Shown here: one piece after another, positions 53,066 to 62,650 of the stretch | Layout: each line of letters opens with the position of its first letter | How positions within the stretch are numbered: the first letter of the stretch is position 1 | Virus record (IMG/VR): IMGVR_UViG_3300021979_000004 | Location: 32,001-96,000 of that record | Source of the DNA: a virus | Taxonomy: Duplodnaviria; Caudoviricetes | DNA: 64,000 nt | Strand: one strand, 5' to 3' | Translations under genes and position numbers: made by a program | The notes under the pieces: generated by a model | Seen by the model: only the letters and a program-made list of their open reading frames with translations | Database searches by the model: none | Told to the model about the DNA's origin: nothing

Positions 53066-54448
53066 ATGGGTGTGCGATTTTATGGTAACGTACAGTTACC
53101 AACCATTATAATTGGTAAGGGTAGAGGAAGGTTTGCTACCATCTATCTTTTATCAGCCAATGAAGACGGTACATTTTTCAGACAGAGTATAAGTAATGGT
53201 TCGATAACTTGGAGTGACACGTTAACTGAAGCTTCAATACCAGTCGCTATTGATGGTAATGCTTATACGAATTATTCTTATATAGCTTATCAAAATAAGT
53301 TTGTAAAAAAGTTTGATATTAGAGGAACAGAGCTTTGGAGTAATACACTTACATATATTCCAACAGACTTGGCATTGGGTTCCAATAATAAAGTATACGT
53401 AGTTCAAAACAGTAATACGATTTCAGTGTTTGATACTGACACTGGTGAAAAAGAAACTGACATTACTATTGAAAATGTTTCGAAGGTAGCAGCCAAGTAC
53501 GGCTTACATGTTGGTACAACTAATGGATATGTACATTATGTGGATCAAGATGGTGTAATACAATCATCATATAATACTGGTAGTTCTGTTATTGATCTAC
53601 AAAATAATAAAGATGGGAGTGTTATATCATTATCATCAAATAAGATATCAAGGATATCTAACACAAGTAATCTCGTATGGTCGTATAACGATACGTCTTA
53701 CGGAACTTTCAAATCATTTACATATGATCCCTTTGATAAATTTACCTACGTGGGAACAACGTCTGGGAATATCATTAAGATAAACGACTCTGGACAATAT
53801 ATAAACCATTTTAATGTATCATCCAATCCAATGAATGCTATATCATTCTGGTATGATACGTTATATGTAGCCGACTCAAACGGAAATGTGTCAGCCTATG
53901 ATGAATCATTTGTTGAGAAATGGTATAGGGAAGGTAGCTCTATTGCTAAGGTGGATTTGCATGTGACTCAATCACAAGAATCCATTCACCCACCGATTAA
54001 AACTATCAATAAAGGATCACTTAGTAATGTGGTTGTATCGCCACAAGTTAATGAGTCTTATTCTGTTTTAGTAAGCGATTATACAGAAACCGACTATGCT
54101 AATACGTTACTACCAACCGAGTTTGATGTATCTAAAGGTATAGCGGTAACAACCAAGCCACTGTCTAATGAAGCCTACGAAGTGGTATCTAATTATAGCG
54201 ATCAAACCAGTGTTTATAATGATACTTTGCTACGAACTGAATTTGATATATCTAAGGACATTGTGGTTGTTACTAAGCCGTTGTCTAACGAATCTTATGA
54301 AGTAGTAGCTAATTACACAGACAACACACAAACTTATAATGACACTTTAATATCACCTATGGTGGATATTAATACTTCTTCGTCATTCAATACGAAACCA
54401 GTCATTAACCGATCATACGAATTAAATATTAATTACACAGGGGAATAA
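53066..54448 (+). CDS. beta-propeller (PQQ-like) virion accessory protein with C-terminal repeats
   Basis: MGVRFYGNVQLPT leader; G...W repeats; TKPLSNE.YEVV repeats; TAAATA upstream. Confidence 0.8.
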   Translation: MGVRFYGNVQLPTIIIGKGRGRFATIYLLSANEDGTFFRQSISNGSITWSDTLTEASIPVAIDGNAYTNYSYIAYQNKFVKKFDIRGTELWSNTLTYIPTDLALGSNNKVYVVQNSNTISVFDTDTGEKETDITIENVSKVAAKYGLHVGTTNGYVHYVDQDGVIQSSYNTGSSVIDLQNNKDGSVISLSSNKISRISNTSNLVWSYNDTSYGTFKSFTYDPFDKFTYVGTTSGNIIKINDSGQYINHFNVSSNPMNAISFWYDTLYVADSNGNVSAYDESFVEKWYREGSSIAKVDLHVTQSQESIHPPIKTINKGSLSNVVVSPQVNESYSVLVSDYTETDYANTLLPTEFDVSKGIAVTTKPLSNEAYEVVSNYSDQTSVYNDTLLRTEFDISKDIVVVTKPLSNESYEVVANYTDNTQTYNDTLISPMVDINTSSSFNTKPVINRSYELNINYTGE

Positions 54449-54451
54449 GAA

Positions 54452-55684
54452 ATGCCTTCTATAATAATAAATTTAAGTTGGGTTGATACCAACCGTGTAG
54501 AGGATGGATACCGAGTATATAAAAGTACTAGTCCCATGGACCCAGAAGTATCTATGCCTGCACCAATTGCTACACTAGACCCAAATAGCGAGTCTTATGT
54601 AGACACTGATGTAGTCTATGGTCAAACCTATTACTACATTGTAAGCTCATTTAATAACTTACAAGCCAATGAAGTTTTTTCTGAAAACAAAGAAGTTGTT
54701 TGTGAAGAAAATATTTACGCAATATCTGTTGATGGTGAGACGCATAAGTTAGACACTAACGGAAATAGAATATTTGTTGATAAAACGACTAACTTGTTTG
54801 GTTCCATAAGAGCAGAGTTCACAATGGATATGGATTACAAAGGAAACTTTTATTACGTTTCTGGAAATACTATTAAAAAGGTAGACAAAAATTTCCAAGA
54901 GGTTTGGACGTATGACTTTGCACCATATACTCTGTATAATAATAATTTTGCATTTTATGTTGGCGTTGATGAGTGTGTTTATGTAATTAACACCTACTAT
55001 CAAAATTATAGCGCAGGAACACAAATCTTTAAAATTAATAAAAATGGTACTGAGGGTGATATTATCGATAGTTTTTCTGGGACTTCGTTTTCTAATCCGT
55101 CAATTACATTATCCCCAGATATGTCAATGTTGGCTACAGAGATAACTTCTGGTAGTACTACATATACACATTTATATGATACGCTTACTGGATATAAATA
55201 TACATATATCAAGGGCGGCAACCAAAACAATACGTATGCACCTCAAAGGGGTATAGCTATTGATAAAGAAAATAATGTGTATAGTAGTGGTTTAGACTAT
55301 TACTCTTCTTGTGATAAGTATGGCGATGAAAGGTGGTCGGTTAACTCTTCTAATTATAATCAATCTTATGGTTCAGTTCTCTCGATGGACGACGCATTTG
55401 TATACTCAATTAACGATAATAAAAGAAGACTATACCGCTTCAATACATCTAATGGGTCTGCGGTGAGTAATGCTTTTCAATATGAAATGACTGATATCTG
55501 TATTGATAGTAATAATAACATTTATGTGTGTACGCATTACAATAATGATGGAGTTATTAGAAAGTATGATAATACCCTATCACCAGTGTGGTCTTATAAT
55601 ACACTATCGACAGGGTTCGATTTCATATTAATCGAACCGGGGATGCATTATCAATCGATACATAAAAGCTTAGGAGACGAATAA
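54452..55684 (+). CDS. fibronectin-III-like domain plus beta-propeller protein
   Basis: LSW......GYRVYKS...YVDTDV..GQTYYY.VSS followed by propeller repeats. Confidence 0.8.
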   Translation: MPSIIINLSWVDTNRVEDGYRVYKSTSPMDPEVSMPAPIATLDPNSESYVDTDVVYGQTYYYIVSSFNNLQANEVFSENKEVVCEENIYAISVDGETHKLDTNGNRIFVDKTTNLFGSIRAEFTMDMDYKGNFYYVSGNTIKKVDKNFQEVWTYDFAPYTLYNNNFAFYVGVDECVYVINTYYQNYSAGTQIFKINKNGTEGDIIDSFSGTSFSNPSITLSPDMSMLATEITSGSTTYTHLYDTLTGYKYTYIKGGNQNNTYAPQRGIAIDKENNVYSSGLDYYSSCDKYGDERWSVNSSNYNQSYGSVLSMDDAFVYSINDNKRRLYRFNTSNGSAVSNAFQYEMTDICIDSNNNIYVCTHYNNDGVIRKYDNTLSPVWSYNTLSTGFDFILIEPGMHYQSIHKSLGDE

Positions 55685-55685
55685 A

Positions 55686-56831
55686 ATGAGTGTAAATATA
55701 AAAATAAACTTTTTTTCAAGTGAAGATGCTGACAGCATCAATATTTATCGTGCAACACCAAGTATAAATGTAAACAGCTTACCGGCTCCTATCGCAAACA
55801 TTCCATCAACATCTAAAGAATATCAGGACAGCGGTTTAACAAAGAATACAACATATCAATATGTCGTGGGGTCTGTATACGGTTCTGAAGAAAAAATATC
55901 TGATGTAATTAATGTCAATACGTCCGAACCTATTATTGGAACATACTCGAATCTCGTTTATAAACTTGATCAAGACTTTAATTTATTTTACTATAACAAT
56001 ATTAACACCCTTTCAGGAACAGCATATGCAGTTGACATGGATTCTGATGGAAACTATTATGCAGTTGGAGCTACTAATATTGTTAAAACTGACAAGGATA
56101 ATAATTTAGTCTGGGAATACATATACGATACTGAAACCGTGTGGGGAGATACTATAGTAAAGGGACAAGATGGTTATGTATATGTTGGTCTTAGGGACGG
56201 TAGAGTCTTAAAAATAAACGATGCCGATGGTACAATAGTTTGGACTAATACTGATCATACGCTACAAGTCAACCAATTGGTCGTATCTTTTAGCGGCAAT
56301 GTATACACCGCTTCTGACGATGATTCTATTAAAAAAATACTCCCTGATGGAACAGTGTCTTGGACTTTTGATTTATTTACAAACAATGTTAGAGGTATAT
56401 GTATGGATGAGAATGAAAACATATACGCACATGGTAGTGACAACACATTCAGAAAAATAAGCCCAAGCGGCACCGAACTATGGAGTAAATCTGGTGCATA
56501 CCTTACGTATTACCGAAGAATGTTTTATAGAGCAGACAGCGGGATTTTATACTTAATTAGTTCTAACAATTTGTATAATGTAAATAAGCAAGATGGATCT
56601 TTAACACTTTTGTTCAGCTTAAACTTATATAACAATGCTGCGTCTTTAATCGATATGTTTGTTTATGACAACGGTAATATATTATTAACAACATCATATA
56701 CTAATGATGGATTCTATATTTTTTATGATCCTACGGGCAATATTCTCCATTCTGGAACTGAATTCGGGAGGATTGATAGAATTGCTTCAAGTCCCGGTAC
56801 ACAATCCATACAATTAGGATTACATACTTAA
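55686..56831 (+). CDS. fibronectin-III-like domain plus beta-propeller protein (paralog)
   Basis: NIYRA...YQDSGL...TYQY.V.S; DG..W repeats. Confidence 0.8.
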   Translation: MSVNIKINFFSSEDADSINIYRATPSINVNSLPAPIANIPSTSKEYQDSGLTKNTTYQYVVGSVYGSEEKISDVINVNTSEPIIGTYSNLVYKLDQDFNLFYYNNINTLSGTAYAVDMDSDGNYYAVGATNIVKTDKDNNLVWEYIYDTETVWGDTIVKGQDGYVYVGLRDGRVLKINDADGTIVWTNTDHTLQVNQLVVSFSGNVYTASDDDSIKKILPDGTVSWTFDLFTNNVRGICMDENENIYAHGSDNTFRKISPSGTELWSKSGAYLTYYRRMFYRADSGILYLISSNNLYNVNKQDGSLTLLFSLNLYNNAASLIDMFVYDNGNILLTTSYTNDGFYIFYDPTGNILHSGTEFGRIDRIASSPGTQSIQLGLHT

Positions 56832-56832
56832 C

Positions 56833-56856
56833 AAAAGGCTCCATATGGAGCCTTTT
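56833..56856. terminator. bidirectional terminator
   Basis: AAAAGGCTCCA-TA-TGGAGCCTTTT. Confidence 0.8.
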
Positions 56857-57260
56857 TAATTATTTACAATTTTGACCATATTCAAGGTTGGTTCAAGTCC
56901 ATGGTACAAAGCGTATTCAAATTGAGACTTGTCGTATTTTGGTATACATGGAAGCAACCCCTGAAGATCAATCTTATAATAATTAGGGTTCTTTTCATAA
57001 TGGTATTCAAGTTCTAAAAGAACCTCGTAAAAGTCTAAACCAATTTTAGCTGTACCATAACTATAACTTATATCAATTCCATCGTGGTAACAAAACTTGA
57101 TTTTTTGAATCATCATATCAATTTTGTCTTGAACCCTATCATAATATGGAGCATCACTATCTAAAGAGCCTTTCATATCAAAACCAATAGTAAGGGATTT
57201 GAGAAGACTGGTATTTCCATATTCTTCATAACGGACAATGGTTACTAATGTATTATTCAT
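56856..57260 (-). CDS. hypothetical protein (TLNMVKI motif variant)
   Basis: Probable ATG 57260 coupled to the upstream stop. Confidence 0.7.
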   Translation of the reverse strand: MNNTLVTIVRYEEYGNTSLLKSLTIGFDMKGSLDSDAPYYDRVQDKIDMMIQKIKFCYHDGIDISYSYGTAKIGLDFYEVLLELEYHYEKNPNYYKIDLQGLLPCIPKYDKSQFEYALYHGLEPTLNMVKIVNN

Positions 57261-57727
57261 TTCATAATCCTTACAATATCCAATGCTGAATTGAAGTTTG
57301 TTTTGTCGATCAAACTCACGTTTACGTCCATTGTCATCAAAGGTTTTACTGATGCACATATAATTTTATAATATCTCATTATCTCATTCAAGTTTTCTTT
57401 ACATCCTTCAAGATCAAATATATAAATTTCAAGCTCACTTATTTTATATACCTTGCGTGTAACCAATCCTTGTTCTTCATAAGAAAATTTCAGACTAACA
57501 TATTCATTAGAAAGATGTTTAACTGCTTCATAAAACTTTGGCATCTTATATGCTGTCTTGTCGTCAATTGAAGAGACATTAATCTGGAACATCAAATACG
57601 ATCCCGGTTTGTACATTTCCTTGTCAGTACAGATATCATGTTCCCACAAGGTGTACTTGTAAGAGTCTTCTATCATGTCGGACAACAAAGTATAGTCGGG
57701 TAACTCTTTCTTTTTCAGTTTGGTCAT
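57257..57727 (-). CDS. hypothetical protein (ALDIVRI motif variant)
   Basis: 156-aa ORF. Confidence 0.75.
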   Translation of the reverse strand: MTKLKKKELPDYTLLSDMIEDSYKYTLWEHDICTDKEMYKPGSYLMFQINVSSIDDKTAYKMPKFYEAVKHLSNEYVSLKFSYEEQGLVTRKVYKISELEIYIFDLEGCKENLNEIMRYYKIICASVKPLMTMDVNVSLIDKTNFNSALDIVRIMK

Positions 57728-57770
57728 AATAAAAAGGGGAGCTTACGCCCCCCAAACCTCAATATTGGTG

Positions 57771-58343
57771 TTAGTTAATATTGATTGCACTGTCTGTACC
57801 AGATTCAAATTCTTGGCGGGTAGATTCAGCAACAATAGTGTTGTACTCATCAAGGTTAATCTTTGGAAAGTCGTTAACACTTGTCATGAAGAAGCCACTA
57901 AAGAAGCTGTTCAGTTCACGGTTATAGATACGCTTAGTATCAAGGAAGCGAGTCTGTGCGTTCTGAAATTCTGCACGACCAGCTTTAATAGTCACTTGAA
58001 TCTCTTTATACATACCCGGATCAAGGTTGATATTCTGTTCCTGAATCCACTGGAACATAGCTTGTGAACCGTCTTCACCATAACGGCCTTCGAAGGTTGC
58101 ATCAACAATTTCACTCAGGTCTTCTTTGTACTTGTCAGTGACTTGTACAATCTCCTGAACCTTAAGAGTGTAATTAGACTTGATGTTCTGAAGATCATCA
58201 TATTGTGCAACAATCTGTGACTCAAGATCAACGGCACGGTCGTTATACGAAACGTACATACCGCCGAAGGTTGCACCCACTGCGATTAGAACACCCAGAA
58301 GGGACAATACTGCAATGATTGCGATTTTAGCACCTGTACTCAT
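57771..58343 (-). CDS. LemA-like membrane-anchored coiled-coil protein
   Basis: N-terminal TM, YN..V.LE, ..R..YN..L.SF pattern. Confidence 0.65.
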   Translation of the reverse strand: MSTGAKIAIIAVLSLLGVLIAVGATFGGMYVSYNDRAVDLESQIVAQYDDLQNIKSNYTLKVQEIVQVTDKYKEDLSEIVDATFEGRYGEDGSQAMFQWIQEQNINLDPGMYKEIQVTIKAGRAEFQNAQTRFLDTKRIYNRELNSFFSGFFMTSVNDFPKINLDEYNTIVAESTRQEFESGTDSAININ

Positions 58344-58345
58344 AA

Positions 58346-58600
58346 TTACTTTTTCCTATAGTGTTTGTGTAAGTTTTTAAGTTTGAATCTACCCATTGCA
58401 TGGGTGTCATCTTCTAGTATTATAACATGCACCTCTAAAAGTGCAACATCATTTCCAATTCCAATCATGTGTCTTGTGTAGAAACCGATGCCTTCAATCT
58501 CTCGGTCTACATACCTAAGAGAGTTTTCAATACCATTCTCAACACATCGACACTCGATACCTCGGATGTTGGTTATTTGTTTAGTTAGGAACCAATTCAT
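58346..58600 (-). CDS. KLK-motif family protein (AMGRFKLKN)
   Basis: 84-aa ORF. Confidence 0.7.
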   Translation of the reverse strand: MNWFLTKQITNIRGIECRCVENGIENSLRYVDREIEGIGFYTRHMIGIGNDVALLEVHVIILEDDTHAMGRFKLKNLHKHYRKK

Positions 58601-58685
58601 TTTCCGTTTTTGGAAACACGATGAACATATGTCTATTTTACATTCTTTAACATATGTCCATTCGTTGTAAGGTATATCTAACTTT

Positions 58686-59744
58686 TCACACTTCGTTTTT
58701 GTAGAAATAAACAGCCGCTCCTACGTTGACAGCAATTTGTAGAATAATAACAAGCAGGAATGTCCACCAACTAATTTTGTTTTCCCAAAGATAGCTTTTG
58801 AATTCTTCCATTGGACGACGCTTAAAATCACGCACTACGTTGTTTTTAACAATAAGCGCAAGCTTACCAGCAGTTAGGGTATCAACTTCACTAAGATCAT
58901 AGTCGATAGCCGGATTAACCTCTTGGTTTTTAGACCAGCCGAACGAGTAAGACCATGACACTTCAGGGAAATTCGGCGCACCGATAACAACTACCTGATC
59001 ATTCTTACGGCCATTACGCCATTCGTTACGCAGGTATTCACCGAACTCAGAGCGATCACTATTAACAATGACAACCACAACATTGACTTGTTTTTGACCA
59101 CCGATTTCTTTTAGAACATTACGCATAGCCAAATTATATTCTTCTTGCGTAGCTTTATTAGCACTTACACCACGGAAGATTACAGGCTTGGCACGGTAAT
59201 AGTCGTACACACTCGGATAGTTCGGAACCAGCTTTTGAAGGTCTGGATCGACACGATGATTCTTACGATATAGAAGTGAAGAATCTACGCCCTTAAGGTA
59301 ATCAACATAAGAGTTTTCCATCGCTACGTGTTCACCAACAATAACTTTAGAAAATCGTGGTGGTTCTTCAGTACCCTGACGATCTACACGATTAATACGA
59401 ATATCACCAACTGTAGTACGAACCATCCAGTCATAATCCCAATTGTGGTCATAATACGTAGTACAAACTCGGTTGTTACCAGTACCGCTACAGATTTCAT
59501 AGCTATGTTCACAACTTACTTGTACCTGCTCTTTCCCAACTACTTTTCCGTTTAGAATTTCGGTGTTGAACTTTCCACCAAATAGAACAACCAGAGTACA
59601 AACAACACTGAAAAGAACTGAGATAATTACGCTGATTCCAACTTCACGCCACGAGACTTTGTGAGGGAATGCAAAACGCATTACAAATGGTGCGACAATA
59701 GCAACCACTGTAATTCCAACAATAAGCCAAATAAATCCAATCAT
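58686..59744 (-). CDS. membrane protein with periplasmic TPM-like domain
   Basis: Two N-terminal TMs, W.NGRKND.VVVIG, C-terminal TM. Confidence 0.7.
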   Translation of the reverse strand: MIGFIWLIVGITVVAIVAPFVMRFAFPHKVSWREVGISVIISVLFSVVCTLVVLFGGKFNTEILNGKVVGKEQVQVSCEHSYEICSGTGNNRVCTTYYDHNWDYDWMVRTTVGDIRINRVDRQGTEEPPRFSKVIVGEHVAMENSYVDYLKGVDSSLLYRKNHRVDPDLQKLVPNYPSVYDYYRAKPVIFRGVSANKATQEEYNLAMRNVLKEIGGQKQVNVVVVIVNSDRSEFGEYLRNEWRNGRKNDQVVVIGAPNFPEVSWSYSFGWSKNQEVNPAIDYDLSEVDTLTAGKLALIVKNNVVRDFKRRPMEEFKSYLWENKISWWTFLLVIILQIAVNVGAAVYFYKNEV

Positions 59745-59805
59745 ACTTTCACCCTTTTAGTTTATTACCAGATAAGTATACCAAAGGGTGAAAGTTATGT
59801 AAAGG

Positions 59806-60243
59806 TTAACCATTCAAAACATTAAGAACAACGGTCTTTGCTACCTTACCATCGAACCGACCTTTGTAATTTTTAGACAGATGACCCATTACTTGACCCA
59901 TTGCCTTATTACCTTCGGGTAGTTCATTGTTGTTAACAAACTCGTTAACGATGTTCTTGATATCGTCTTCAGAAAGTTGCTTAGGTAGGAACTCTTCTAA
60001 GATTTCCATTTCTTTATCAACTTCCGACACATCTTGATTTCGCTCAACATAGATAGCACGGTTGTCTCTTAAATTTTTGTAAAACTTTCCAACCTTTTCC
60101 TCTACGTCGGCATCCGTTACGGTTTGATTTCCTGATGGGGAAGCTTCACCGATAACTGTAGTAAGCAGTGACGCACGTAATGTATCTTTAGCTTTTCTAG
60201 CTAGTAATTGTTCTTTTTTGATTTTATTTAATAGATCAGACAT
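59806..60243 (-). CDS. yqeY: GatB/YqeY domain protein
   Basis: LL..IK.....ARKA.D...E..ILEEFLPKQLSE...MG.VM..L.....GR.DG. Confidence 0.88.
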   Translation of the reverse strand: MSDLLNKIKKEQLLARKAKDTLRASLLTTVIGEASPSGNQTVTDADVEEKVGKFYKNLRDNRAIYVERNQDVSEVDKEMEILEEFLPKQLSEDDIKNIVNEFVNNNELPEGNKAMGQVMGHLSKNYKGRFDGKVAKTVVLNVLNG

Positions 60244-60276
60244 ATAATACCTCCATGAGGTATAGATTATAAGACT

Positions 60277-60768
60277 TTATTGTTTCTTGTCAATATCTAT
60301 ATTTGAATGAATTTTGACAACACCAGAAAGGGCGTAAACGTATCCGAATGCATTATTACATTTAATTGCGTTAGCTAAAATAGTACAATCTTTGATATAA
60401 TGGGTGTAGTTTTTATTAGGAACAAAATCACTAAGATTCTCTATAGTATATGTTGGACAATCACCACATGTTTCATAGATTTTTTGTATTGAATCCATTG
60501 CTGAAATAGGATTTTCTGTATAAACTATCATACCATCAAGTTGTTCATTGAGTTTTCGAGAGACAAAGGAAGTTGTAAGGCCATATTCTATACAGTCTTT
60601 ATAGGTGGGCTTGCAGCCAGTACTTATTCCATCATGTTCCCAATAGTCAGAGGGTTTTATGACATAATAGGCACCTTTTTTTGTGTTGGTGTCATACCAC
60701 GCAACACATACTGGAATTGTTCGTATTCCAGTGTTACTTGTACCAAAATGTATAATTATCATTTTCAA
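60277..60768 (-). CDS. RNase H-like/exonuclease-like hypothetical protein, probably inactive
   Basis: MIIIHFGTS...PVCVAW...YYVIKP resembles DEDD-family phage proteins but lacks the acidic catalytic residues. Confidence 0.55.
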   Translation of the reverse strand: MKMIIIHFGTSNTGIRTIPVCVAWYDTNTKKGAYYVIKPSDYWEHDGISTGCKPTYKDCIEYGLTTSFVSRKLNEQLDGMIVYTENPISAMDSIQKIYETCGDCPTYTIENLSDFVPNKNYTHYIKDCTILANAIKCNNAFGYVYALSGVVKIHSNIDIDKKQ

Positions 60769-60823
60769 CTCACAACTATGTTGTAATTTACAATCTTACA
60801 ACATTATTTATAAACAAAAACAA

Positions 60824-60846
60824 AAAAGAGGGCATAGCCCTCTTTT
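60824..60846. terminator. terminator after the duplicated clpP 3' end
   Basis: AAAAGAGGGC-ATA-GCCCTCTTTT. Confidence 0.8.
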
Positions 60847-60849
60847 AAT

Positions 60850-61017
60850 TTAACCATTCAGTTTGTTCTTATCCATGATTTCATCAACAAGGCCAAACGC
60901 TAGAGCTTCTTCTGCAACCATGTAATTGTCACGGTCACATGCAGCGTGAACTTCCTCTAGTGTCTTTCCAGTACAATCAGCATAGATTTCTTCTAGCCTT
61001 TGACGTGTACGTAGAAT
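60850..61017 (-). pseudogene. duplicated 3' end of clpP (~55 codons)
   Basis: [41 protein letters not shown] vs clp[42 protein letters not shown]. Confidence 0.9.
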
Positions 61018-61512
61018 TATTACAGGAATACTAAGTACACCCTTGATGAAATTATTGAAAAGTTTAAAAAAGTTCACGGTGAAAAATATAGTTACAGATA
61101 TGTTAAATATTCTGGAATATTTAATTTAGTGAAAATAGAATGCCCTTTTCATGGTATGTATGAGCAATCGCCTAAAAACCACATATCAGGAAACGGTTGC
61201 CCTAATTGTACTGGTCGTGTTTCGAAGTCTTCAAACAAATGGTTAGATTCGTTTGAGAATAAAAACATTATCTATGAATATTCGATACCTGAAAATAAAA
61301 ACCTTATAGTAGATGGATATGACCCCACTACCAACACTGTTTATCAATATCATGGAGACTATTGGCACGGCAACCCCCGAAAATATAATCCAAATGATAT
61401 AAACTCGCATAATGGAGAACGTTTTGGGGAGTTATACAAAAAGACTTTAGAAAACGATAATTTTCTAAAGTCTTGTGGTTACCAACTCATTGTGAAGTGG
61501 GAAAGTGAATAA
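61015..61512 (+). CDS. zinc-finger plus Vsr/DUF559-like (PD-(D/E)xK) putative homing endonuclease, 5'-truncated
   Basis: Frame open from 61015 (KVHGEKYSY...IECPFHG..Q.P..H..G.GCP.C); VDGY...YQYHGDYWHG...W(E); first start codon is GTG 61129. Confidence 0.75.
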   Translation, partial: NYYRNTKYTLDEIIEKFKKVHGEKYSYRYVKYSGIFNLVKIECPFHGMYEQSPKNHISGNGCPNCTGRVSKSSNKWLDSFENKNIIYEYSIPENKNLIVDGYDPTTNTVYQYHGDYWHGNPRKYNPNDINSHNGERFGELYKKTLENDNFLKSCGYQLIVKWESE

Positions 61513-61538
61513 TATACCATATCACAATTTCTATAACT

Positions 61539-62135
61539 TTATGGCTTTTTCATTTGGTCTGGGTACATAACCGCGTCTGCTAAACCAAAGTCAACAGCTT
61601 CTTCGGCGGTCATAAAGTTATCGCGATCACAAGCCGCATGAATTTCTTCTAGTGTCTTACCAGTGCATTCTGCATATATAGTCTCCAAACGCTTTCTGGT
61701 TCGTTGAATATGCTTTGCATGAATTTCAATATCACTAGACTGACCTTGAAAACCGCCCAAAGGCTGATGGATCATGTTCTCTGCCATTGGAAGCATGTAA
61801 CGCTTGCCTTGTGTACCACCACATGCTGCAAGGAAGCTACCCATAGACGCTGCCATACCGGTTACAACAGTAGTAATGTCTGGCGTGACATACTTCATAG
61901 TGTCGTAAATCGCCATACCTGCGGTTACAGAGCCACCGGGGCTGTTAATGTACACATGAATGTCTTTATTAGCGTCTTGGTTTTCAAGATACAGAAGCTG
62001 TGCACAAATTAGCGATGCCATTTCATCATTGACACCACCGGTCATCATAATCACACGTTCCTCTAGAAGACGTGAATAGATGTCCATTGAGCGTTCACCG
62101 TTAGAGGTGCGTTGGATTACCATAGGTACTAGCAT
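61539..62135 (-). CDS. clpP: ATP-dependent Clp protease proteolytic subunit
   Basis: [23 protein letters not shown] (Ser), MIHQP (His), DRDNFM (Asp). Confidence 0.96.
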   Translation of the reverse strand: MLVPMVIQRTSNGERSMDIYSRLLEERVIMMTGGVNDEMASLICAQLLYLENQDANKDIHVYINSPGGSVTAGMAIYDTMKYVTPDITTVVTGMAASMGSFLAACGGTQGKRYMLPMAENMIHQPLGGFQGQSSDIEIHAKHIQRTRKRLETIYAECTGKTLEEIHAACDRDNFMTAEEAVDFGLADAVMYPDQMKKP

Positions 62136-62208
62136 ATTATATTTCTCCTGATTTATGTTTGTGATTACATCTTAACGTATTCATAAGGTTTTGTAAACCC
62201 TACAAATT

Positions 62209-62649
62209 TTATTCAAAATACTTATCAACGAATAGTTTCGATCTTTTAATATTGAAAAGATCATCGCGATCAAGTTCAATGATAGAATTGAAAAAGTCGG
62301 CGTTTTCAATATCACCAAATGTAACCGATTCGCCTTTTATAGCGGTATACTTAAGACCACTATAATCGATTAAATATTTCATGGTTTTACAAAAGTCTTC
62401 TGCGCCATCAAGGTCACAGAGAAATTCAATCTGGTCTGCTCCAAGCTGAACTTTATCATTTACTAAATCCGCATAGAAATCCCTGTCGGATTTAGGAACC
62501 TTACGGAATATTTCTTTACGCTCGGATGGATAAATTTTCTTTGCTCTGTCTACAAATATCTGTGCATAATTATCAACGTAATACTTTACCCTTTCATAAA
62601 GAACAATATTATCTTTAATAAAATTACCAACGGTGTATTTTACAATCAT
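62209..62649 (-). CDS. hypothetical protein
   Basis: 146-aa ORF. Confidence 0.75.
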   Translation of the reverse strand: MIVKYTVGNFIKDNIVLYERVKYYVDNYAQIFVDRAKKIYPSERKEIFRKVPKSDRDFYADLVNDKVQLGADQIEFLCDLDGAEDFCKTMKYLIDYSGLKYTAIKGESVTFGDIENADFFNSIIELDRDDLFNIKRSKLFVDKYFE

Positions 62650-62650
62650 A

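Noticed and set aside
60850-61077. 75-aa ORF as an intact second clpP gene
   Set aside because: Its first ~20 codons are the antisense of the endonuclease frame, and it lacks the catalytic Ser and His; it is a stranded 3' duplicate.
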